The notes under the pieces: generated by a model
Database searches by the model: none
What the model saw: the letters and a program-made list of their open reading frames with translations, nothing else
Told to the model about the DNA's origin: nothing
Program-made: the position numbers and the translations under genes
Shown here: positions 7,957 through 15,500 of the stretch, in pieces
Layout of the letters: every line of letters begins with the position of its first letter
How positions within the stretch are numbered: position 1 is the first letter of the stretch
Origin: Dickeya dadantii NCPPB 898
GTDB lineage: Bacteria; Pseudomonadota; Gammaproteobacteria; Enterobacterales; Enterobacteriaceae
Length of the DNA stretch: 32,000 nt
Direction: 5' to 3'
Assembly (NCBI RefSeq): GCF_000406145.1
Contig: NZ_CM001976.1
Span: forward strand, 4,639,545-4,671,544

Positions 7957-9045
7957 TCATGTCCGCTTTGATGCCGTCGGCATCGGACCGTACCGCGACG
8001 GATCCGCGTCATCAGGCATTGTCGAATACTGAATAAGTGGCGGTATCGGCCTTTCAGTTCCCACTTCAGCATCAGATAAAAACGACAGAATGCGCTGGTG
8101 TACCAGGGGGCTGCGTAAAATCCCCAGATGGCCCAGCCCGCGGGTATAGAACACATCGCTACGGGCAAACGCCCGGTGGATTTCATCCGCCACCGCCGGA
8201 TGGACACGAACATCCTGCCAGTCATGGCAAATCAGCGCCGGACAATCGAGCATGCGATAGAGCGTTTCGCCGACCTGATCGGGATGAAAGCCAAAGCGCT
8301 GTGCATAAATCGCTTTCATGGGCGCCGCCAGCGACGCCGACACCGACGCGCCGGCCAGAAATCGGTCGATCATTTTGCCGAAGTTATCGGGGCTGGCCAG
8401 CAGCACCAGCCGCTCCGCCGCCAGTCCCTGCGCCAGCGCCAGGCTACACACCAGACCGCCGCTGGAATGCCCGACCACCGCATAGAACGGGCCGTAGCGC
8501 TGCCCCAGCCGGATAAGCAGACTGGCCAACTCATAGTTGGACACCCGCTTTCCGTCAGACAGCCCGTGTGCCAGCAGATCCGGCATCACCACGCCGTACC
8601 CCTGCGCTTTTAGCGCCTCGCACAGCGGCCGGAACATAATGCCGCGGCCCTCCCAGCCATGCACCAGCAACACGTTTTTTGCCGGCGCGTCCGCGGGCGG
8701 CGGCACCCAGCGAAACACATACACGTTCTGGTGCTGAAAACAGACCGTCTCCTGTCGAAAATCGGCCAGATAGTCGTGGTCCATCTGCTTGTAAGAGATA
8801 TAACGTGTGGTTTCAAACAGATGTAGCAGATAGCGCGCCGCCAGATGCAGGGAACAACGCTCCAGCAACCACAAATCCGCCAGACGCAGCGCGCGGCACA
8901 GCCGGATGTAATGCGTTTCCGGCTTGATCCGCACTTTAAGCAGCAGCGACGGGCGGCGCTTGAGCTTCACCAGCGCGCGGTAGTAGTTGTACTGGACGAG
9001 GGTCGCCAGCCACATCAAGGGGTAGCATAGGCTATACAGCAGCAT
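7957..9045 (-). CDS. vfmD: Alpha/beta-fold hydrolase or acyltransferase with a ~115-aa N-terminal extension
   Basis: 362 aa. It has an HGWEGRG oxyanion-region motif, a GHSSGG nucleophile elbow (GxSxG), and downstream Asp (CHDWQD) and His (GLGHLG) candidates. The ATG at 9045 overlaps the MATE gene stop by 14 nt. Confidence 0.85.
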   Translation of the reverse strand: MLLYSLCYPLMWLATLVQYNYYRALVKLKRRPSLLLKVRIKPETHYIRLCRALRLADLWLLERCSLHLAARYLLHLFETTRYISYKQMDHDYLADFRQETVCFQHQNVYVFRWVPPPADAPAKNVLLVHGWEGRGIMFRPLCEALKAQGYGVVMPDLLAHGLSDGKRVSNYELASLLIRLGQRYGPFYAVVGHSSGGLVCSLALAQGLAAERLVLLASPDNFGKMIDRFLAGASVSASLAAPMKAIYAQRFGFHPDQVGETLYRMLDCPALICHDWQDVRVHPAVADEIHRAFARSDVFYTRGLGHLGILRSPLVHQRILSFLSDAEVGTERPIPPLIQYSTMPDDADPSRYGPMPTASKRT

Positions 9046-10387
9046 CCCGTTCTCCCAGCGCGCAGGCTAGCAACCGGTACTCACGCAGGAACACCACGGC
9101 GTACAGCAGGCTGAACGTCACCATCAGACCGGCGATCGCCTGCACGTCGTTAAAGTAGCGATGGGCGGTCAGCGCGACCGCCACCATCAGCAGTTCCAGC
9201 ATCAGCGTGAAAATAAGCACCCGTTTTCCCCGCTCCATTTGTTCCAGCAGCGTTTGCAGCGCCGCCACCAGCGAGGTAAGGAAGAAAGTCGGCAGCAACA
9301 ACAACAGCAGCGTCTGGCTGGATTGACGGATCGCCTCGTCATTGGAAAAACCGGCCAGAATACCGTCGCGCAGCCAGCATACGCCGGCGGTGAGCGCCAG
9401 ATAGGTCAGCGCGATAAGCCACACGCCATTATTCAGCAGGCTCGCCAGCAACGGCGCGGCATGGGTTTTGCGGCGCTGGTTTAGCAGAATAGCGATGGCG
9501 GAACCGGTCGCCACCGCCGGAATGATGAAGAAAGCCCGCAGCTTTATCACGATCAGGAACGCGGGCAAAAATCCCGCCCCCAGCGCGGCCACCAGTGGAA
9601 AAATCACCATCGAACTGACGAACACCACCAGCATGGAAAAGCCTACCGGCAAGCCGGCGTTGGTCAGCAACGCCAGCAGACGAGACGCGAACGCCTGCGG
9701 CCGTTCATCCGCCACCGGTGTGGCGACCCGGCGCAGCGCCCGCACCGCCAACGGCAGCAGCATCAGCGCCGGAACGCTGTTTGCCAGCAGCACGGCATCA
9801 AAACCAAGCCGGTAGACGTGAAAACCCAGGTAGCAACCCGCGGCGTTCAGCAGCACATAGCCACACATCAGCGTCATGGCCGGCACGGTTCTCCCCTGTC
9901 CGCGCAGCGCCGCGTTGCACATTTCCAGCGCCAGAAACGGCGTCATCGACAACAGATAGCCGGGCGCGGCGTTCTGCATCCACGCCAGATCCGGGCTGTT
10001 CATCCAGCCGGACAGCGGCGATGCCAGTACGCGGCACAACAGCGCCGCCAGCGCCGTCGTCAACACGCCGGCGCCCCCAAGCCACAGCGTACTGTGCCAG
10101 ATGCGCTGTCGCGGCCAGTCATGACGGGAGCGGGCGCTAAACACCTGATTGGTGATCGCCAGACATTCCAGAATGGCGATAAACAGGAAGTTAAACGGCT
10201 GCAAAAAGGAGAGCGTCAGCAACGTCTGGCTTTCGGCGCCGTTGCCCAGAATCGCAATCTGCATATTCTGAGACAACGACACCACCACCGCGGTCACCAT
10301 CATCGGCCAGGCTAACGCCATGATCTGCCGCATATCCCCACTCACAGCCGGGGCGGCTCTGGACATCACACGCGAGATCAGGCTCAT
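9032..10387 (-). CDS. vfmC: MATE/MOP-family multi-pass membrane exporter
   Basis: About 12 hydrophobic segments, with a MATE-like N-terminus (RQIMALAWPMMVTAVVVSLSQNMQIAILG). I chose the start at M19 (ATG 10387) because AAGGA lies 8 nt upstream and it avoids a 32-nt overlap. The track start at 10441 remains possible. Confidence 0.8.
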   Translation of the reverse strand: MSLISRVMSRAAPAVSGDMRQIMALAWPMMVTAVVVSLSQNMQIAILGNGAESQTLLTLSFLQPFNFLFIAILECLAITNQVFSARSRHDWPRQRIWHSTLWLGGAGVLTTALAALLCRVLASPLSGWMNSPDLAWMQNAAPGYLLSMTPFLALEMCNAALRGQGRTVPAMTLMCGYVLLNAAGCYLGFHVYRLGFDAVLLANSVPALMLLPLAVRALRRVATPVADERPQAFASRLLALLTNAGLPVGFSMLVVFVSSMVIFPLVAALGAGFLPAFLIVIKLRAFFIIPAVATGSAIAILLNQRRKTHAAPLLASLLNNGVWLIALTYLALTAGVCWLRDGILAGFSNDEAIRQSSQTLLLLLLPTFFLTSLVAALQTLLEQMERGKRVLIFTLMLELLMVAVALTAHRYFNDVQAIAGLMVTFSLLYAVVFLREYRLLACALGERDAAV

Positions 10388-10409
10388 CGTCCCTATCCTT
10401 TTCCGTAAT

Positions 10410-11021
10410 TCAGGCCGCCGCCAGACAACTCGCCTTGCCATAGACGCTGTAGAGCATCATGGAGAAGTAGGACAGGCTATGGGTATTGCCCAGCAGGAAA
10501 CCGTGTCCGCCCATCATCTTTTCCGCTTCATTGTTAAGCTGAGTGATCTGGTAGTGATCATCCTCCAGACCAGCCAGGTCGCCTTCCTGCAAGCGCAGAT
10601 ACTGTTGCTCCAGCAGCAGCGCCGCCTTGCCGGCCACGTCGGCGAAACTGGCTTTGATCAACTGATGACGGGTGGTTTTGGTGCCGAAGCTGTTGCGGCT
10701 GGACAGATGCTGCCAGCTCATGGTCTGTATACGGGCCAGCACGCCCAGACGGGCGGCGCACACCAGTATCGGGAAACTGGCCGGCAGCACCAACGTATCC
10801 GTACCGCGCACCGCATCCAGACCGAGGTGATTCAGCACCCGGTCAAACAGGCGCTGTGGCTGGTCGGCGTCAGGCAGGCTGCTGATTTCCTGAATCTGAT
10901 ACCCAATCGGGTGAATGTATCGCGCTTCTCCCGACGGCGATTGCAACAGACAGGCCAGCGCATCGGGCAACGGCTGCTCCCGAAAGACGTCCCAGACTTG
11001 CTTGATGCGCTCAACTGACAT
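10410..11021 (-). CDS. vfmB: Hypothetical protein (about 203 aa), with no family recognisable by eye
   Basis: I chose the start at MSVERIKQ (ATG 11021), which is preceded by AGGAGG with a 6-nt spacer. It overlaps the ACP stop (ATGTCAGTTGA), indicating translational coupling. There is only weak resemblance to KAS III C-terminal motifs (RHQ, LLGNTHS), and the spacing is wrong. Confidence 0.7.
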   Translation of the reverse strand: MSVERIKQVWDVFREQPLPDALACLLQSPSGEARYIHPIGYQIQEISSLPDADQPQRLFDRVLNHLGLDAVRGTDTLVLPASFPILVCAARLGVLARIQTMSWQHLSSRNSFGTKTTRHQLIKASFADVAGKAALLLEQQYLRLQEGDLAGLEDDHYQITQLNNEAEKMMGGHGFLLGNTHSLSYFSMMLYSVYGKASCLAAA

Positions 11022-11277
11022 GCCGCACCTCCTGCAACACATTGTCGTTCAGCCAGCTAATCAGGCTGCCCACGGTGGTGAAGGCATCCATGTTGATTTG
11101 GTCAGGATCGAACAGCAGCCCGTCGATGCTATCTTCAAGCGTCAGCAAAAATTGCACGAACATCACCGAGTCCAGGTCGAGGTCATGATCAAAATCCGTT
11201 TTTTCATTGATCTTGATGTCGTCATTCTCCATGACTTCGCGTAACGCCTGTTGAATAGTGATTAATAACGCAGACAT
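11011..11277 (-). CDS. vfmZ: Acyl/peptidyl carrier protein (about 88 aa)
   Basis: It has the phosphopantetheine-attachment motif LDLDSVMFVQF, is acidic, and is of ACP size. I chose the start at MSALLITIQQ (ATG 11277), preceded by AGGAG with a 6-nt spacer, 13 nt after the upstream stop. Confidence 0.8.
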   Translation of the reverse strand: MSALLITIQQALREVMENDDIKINEKTDFDHDLDLDSVMFVQFLLTLEDSIDGLLFDPDQINMDAFTTVGSLISWLNDNVLQEVRHVS

Positions 11278-11290
11278 GTCTGTCTCCTGT

Positions 11291-12223
11291 TTAAATATCA
11301 ATTTGCTGTATCAGCGCGCAGGAAAGCGTGACCCCCATTCCCATCGAAAAACAAAAATAATTTTTCGCGCGACCGGTTGTAGTTTTCATTAGTGAAGAAA
11401 AATTAAATAAAACGTCCGAACAATACAGATGCCCATAATCAGAAACCTGCTGACTGAATAAGCGATCGCCCATATTCAGACGTTGCGCCATCTGACGTAA
11501 TAATGGGAAATTAAGATTGCAGGGGACAAAATAATCCACCTCATCCATGCCTATGCCGCTGTCCCCGACGGCATCGACAATAAAACGGCACAGTTCATCC
11601 AGCAGGCAGCCGTTCAATTCCGCTTTTTCCTGCCGGGTCATATTGCTCGGATTGTTATAAAAACGGCTCAGGTGCCTGACCGCCGTAAACGTCACCCGCC
11701 AGCGACTGTTCGCCGCATTGAAGAGCGCCGCCACCGGCAGTTCTCCCTGTACGCCGACCGTGAAGCGGTTGATTTCAGGGTGAAACGCCTTCTCTCCCGT
11801 CAACAACAGCACCGGCTGGTTCCGTCGAACCGCGCTATGCCGCACCAGATGCAACGCCGACAGCGCGCCGGCACAGTGATTCAGCCCCAACGTCGTGACG
11901 TCCCAGCGCCCCAGCCGCTGGCGATGCAGGATGTCGTCCAGCCAGCGGCGGTCAAAGAAGGTGTTGTGCGTCTGCGTCCTGGCATAGATCAGCAGCCCCT
12001 CCTGAGAAGGCAGCATCGGCCAGCTATCAACCAGCCCCGCCACCACCGACTCCAGCATCGCCTGATGGCAATCGGAGCGCATCGGCACCGTCTTCAGTTG
12101 ATACAGCTTTTCCATCATGCGGCGCTGCCCTTCCCGCAGCCGATGCGAGTCCCCCAGTTCTCCCAGGGGAAAACGCCGGATGTGTTCCGGCGCTTCATGA
12201 TGAATGTCATTAAGGCAAAACAT
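11291..12223 (-). CDS. vfmA: KAS III (FabH)-like thiolase-fold enzyme with non-canonical active-site residues
   Basis: By-eye alignment to remembered E. coli FabH motifs gives NHCAGAL (~AACAGF Cys), VPCNLN (~VPHQAN), YGHLYCS (~GNTSAAS) and a C-terminal FSMGMGVTL (~FGGGFTWG). I prefer the ATG at 12223 because GGAG lies 6 nt upstream, the product is 310 aa against FabH at 317, and Cys117 lines up with FabH Cys112. In-frame upstream ATGs at 12262, 12280-12316 and a GTG at 12349 cannot be excluded. Confidence 0.75.
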   Translation of the reverse strand: MFCLNDIHHEAPEHIRRFPLGELGDSHRLREGQRRMMEKLYQLKTVPMRSDCHQAMLESVVAGLVDSWPMLPSQEGLLIYARTQTHNTFFDRRWLDDILHRQRLGRWDVTTLGLNHCAGALSALHLVRHSAVRRNQPVLLLTGEKAFHPEINRFTVGVQGELPVAALFNAANSRWRVTFTAVRHLSRFYNNPSNMTRQEKAELNGCLLDELCRFIVDAVGDSGIGMDEVDYFVPCNLNFPLLRQMAQRLNMGDRLFSQQVSDYGHLYCSDVLFNFSSLMKTTTGRAKNYFCFSMGMGVTLSCALIQQIDI

Positions 12224-12272
12224 GCCGGTCTCCGATGAAGCTCGCACGGTTACCGTCCCCATGTCGCACAAA

Positions 12273-12323
12273 ACGCTCATGACGCTCATGACGCTCATGA
12301 CGCTCATGACGCTCATGACGCTA
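12273..12323 (-). repeat. Tandem 9-bp repeat, 5 perfect copies plus a partial copy (plus strand ACGCTCATG; coding strand CATGAGCGT)
   Basis: Read directly. Units lie at 12273-81, 12282-90, 12291-99, 12300-08 and 12309-17, with a partial unit at 12318-23. Each unit carries an ATG in frame with the downstream KAS III-like gene (VMS repeats in the track ORF). Confidence 0.95.
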
Positions 12324-12463
12324 ATAGTGAAGCTATGTCGCAGCAACACCGTTCATGACCCATGATCGAACGCAGTCAATCTACAGACACTTTGCCAAAA
12401 AACGAGTTTTGTTTTTATCCGCAGTTGCCGCCGCCTTGTTTTCAGAACGCTTTTATCTCAAAA

Positions 12464-12532
12464 ATGGGATTAATGCGCTAAAACATGGGATTGTGTCGAC
12501 AAAACAGCAAAAAAATCGGTTTGATAATGGGA
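12464..12532 (-). promoter_or_regulatory. Three direct TCCCAT-core sites (minus-strand sense) upstream of the KAS III-like gene
   Basis: ATGGGA occurs on the plus strand at 12464-69, 12485-90 and 12527-32, with spacings of 21 and 42 bp. The segment 12481-12492 is the reverse complement of 7107-7118 (AATCCCATGTTT). The segment 12526-12535 equals 7138-7147 (AATGGGACGA). Confidence 0.4.
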
Positions 12533-12540
12533 CGACGCAG

Positions 12541-12568
12541 AAAAGCGCGCGGGGCATCCCCCGCGCGC
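12541..12568 (-). terminator. Rho-independent terminator of indC
   Basis: A 10-bp GC stem (GCGCGCGGGG / CCCCGCGCGC, loop CATC) begins 16 nt after the indC stop. It is followed on the minus strand by TTTT (plus-strand AAAA at 12541-12544). Confidence 0.7.
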
Positions 12569-12583
12569 GTTATGCCGACAGTC

Positions 12584-15500
12584 TCATCCCACCAGGCTGG
12601 GAGGTGATTGTTGATACTGGATGACGCTAGTCAGTTCGTCGATCCCTGGCGCTTTCAGCATGCTGTAGTGATCCGCCATCAGCTCCAGCACCGTGGGCGG
12701 CTGGGCGGAAAACCCGCCGTGATTCTCAATAAACGAGTAATCATCGCCCTGCGCCTTGATGATGGTTACCGGCGCATTCAGTTGCCGCTGCTGTAGCTCG
12801 CTGAAGGTATAGGTGAACTCGAAGGTTTGCGCCACAATGCGGGTGATCCGCCGTACCAGCCCGTCATCCAGCGCCGGGTTGAGCCCGGTGATAAAGGCCA
12901 CAAAGCTCCCCTCGTCGCGTACCGTTTCCAGACAGCGCTCCAGTTCCGGGTCGGTAATACTGCCGATAAATACCGAGAACAGGATGGTCAAATAACCGGG
13001 GTTATCAAAATCCGCCTTACGGTTCATGGCGGCCACCCGCTCATCGCGCAGTTTCGGCGAACCGGGCGCCAACAGGTACAAGTTTTCCACCACCTCGCCC
13101 GCCAGCTCCAGTTGCCAGGCGGTTTCGAACGCGACGCGCGCGCCGAAAGAGTAGCCCCACAGCGTATAAGGCCCGTGCGGCTGGTGCTGGCGAATTAGCT
13201 CAATATCTCTGGCCGCCATCTCGCCGATGGTGGCGTAAGGCGTCTCGTCCGGATTGATGCCGTGCGCCTGAATGCCAAAGAATGGTCGCTCCGCGCCCAG
13301 TTGGCGCGCCAGCAGCCGCAGGTTCATGCAGTAACCGCCCAGACCCGGCCAGCAGTAGATTGGCGCCTGACGCCCTTTGGGCTGCAACTGAACCAGACGG
13401 GACACCGGTTCCTGACGCGCGCGGCTCAGCCACGCCGCCAGTTTTTCAACGGTGGGCGCCTGAAACAGCACCTGCAGCGGCAGGCTGGCGTTCAGCGTCG
13501 CATTCAGCTCATTGATCAGGCTGACGGCGATCAGCGAGTTACCGCCCGATTCGAAGAAATTGTCATCCACCGACATCTCCTCGCGTTTCAGTTTCGCCTG
13601 CCAGATAGCCATGACCTGATGTTCCAATGGGTTACGGGGCGCGACGATCGTTTTGTGCTTCAGTTCGACATTAATATTCGCCAGCGCTTTCATGTCGATT
13701 TTGCCGTTTGCCGTTAGCGGCATCTCATCAAGAATCAGCACTTTGTTCGGCATCATGTAATCCGGCATGAACGCCGCCAGGTCGTCACGAATCATCTCCG
13801 CCGGCCCTTTCATGTGCACGGCGTCTTCCCTCATGCCCTCGCTGTATTTCTGCTCGTCGCTGATGCGCCCGCCAATAAAGAAATAATATGGCCCGGTACG
13901 ATGACCGAGAATCTGCCAGAAGCGGCGGGCGGCGGGTAGATCGTTGCCGGTTTCCGAGCTGTAACCGGAAGACATCAGCCCGATATTCAGGGGGTTCATC
14001 TGCAAGCGCTGCAGTTTACGCCCCACATGCACGTACCCGGCCCAGCCTTCGGTCCGACTGGCGACGCTGATGCCGAACGACGAGCGCTCATACACCGCCT
14101 GATTGATGGCGATAACATGTTTCTTATCAATGACGTCATCGGCAATGTGCTGCAGGTCGCCGCGAACGTAGCGGTACGTTCCAACCGGCAGGTCGGCGAT
14201 GTTCGTACCGGCGGTCTGCACGTAAATATCCAGATCGTCATCCGCCGGCAAACGCGGCCCGGACAGCACATCGCAGGCACCCAGATAGTCATCGTCCGGG
14301 TTAATGGCCAGCGGCGTCGGATCCAGCGCCGCGGCGTCGCACAGCGCCACGCCCAGGCCATAATCCGGCAGGATGATATCCAGCATGCCGATGATGTGCC
14401 CCATCTCCATTTGCAACACTTCCCGAATGTTATTTTTGTAGATGGGTTCAATCGCGCTCTTCTTGCCGACAAAGTGTAGCCGCAGGCTGCCCGGCGTCAC
14501 CGCTGCCTGCTCGCTGACCCGCACCAGTTGGTGATGCACCGGCTGATAATAGTAATGCCCGGCGGTCAGCCCGGCCACGCCGTTCAGTTCCAGAAAAACC
14601 TGGGTGGCATACAGCGCGCCCGGCGAAGCGTAGGTATATTTGGGCAGCAGCCGCTCCGCGCTGGTGAACTGGCCCAGATAACGCAGCCAGTGCCCCAGTT
14701 CATCCAGCGTCAGAGCATCCGGCCGGCGCGAAATGGCCGTCAGCAGCGGCTCATGCAGCAGCGACAGAATATCGTCACGGCTCACGGCGCCGCCGTCGTA
14801 AAACCGATAGGTCTTGCGGGAAAACGCGGTGAGGCGCTGTTTCTCATCCGGCTGCTTGCCCGGCAAATCGAGGGTATACGGCTGGCTGGCGGCCGGAAAC
14901 TCCCGGCAGCCTTTATTCGCCAGCTGCAACATCACCTGTGCCTTATCGGCTTTGGACTGATGGTGTGAACCGTGATTGCCCTGATCCATCAGCGCCGCTT
15001 CGCGGGCATTCAGTTCAATAAACGAAATCAGGTTCTGATAGCCGGTAAACGGATCGTTCCTGACGATCACCGCCGCCGCTTTCACCCACTCATGGGTTTC
15101 TATCGCCGAGCGGATCTCATCCAGCTCGACGCGATAACCGCGCAGCTTGACCTGATTGTCGGCACGGCCGGCGTACTGGACCGTGCCATCGGGATTCCAG
15201 CTGGCGATATCGCCGGTCTGGTACAAACGCCGCCCGGAGCCGGCCGGCGCGAACGGATCGACGATGAAACGCTCGGCGGTCAGGTCATCACGATTCAGAT
15301 AGCCTCTCGCCACCCCGTCGCCGCCGATATACAGCTCCCCGATTTGCCCGACGGCGACCGGCGTCAGGCAGTTATCCAGTATGTAATAACGGGTATTCGC
15401 CACCGGCGCGCCGATGGACAGCGTATCCGGCCCCTGCCGCACGCTGACTGGGTCAACCCGGAAAGCGGAACTGTTGATGGTGCATTCGGTCGGGCCGTAC

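Noticed and set aside
12355..12624. 89-aa plus-strand ORF between the KAS III-like gene and indC
   Set aside because: It spans a promoter region, the indC terminator hairpin and the indC 3' end. It has no ribosome-binding site or motif.
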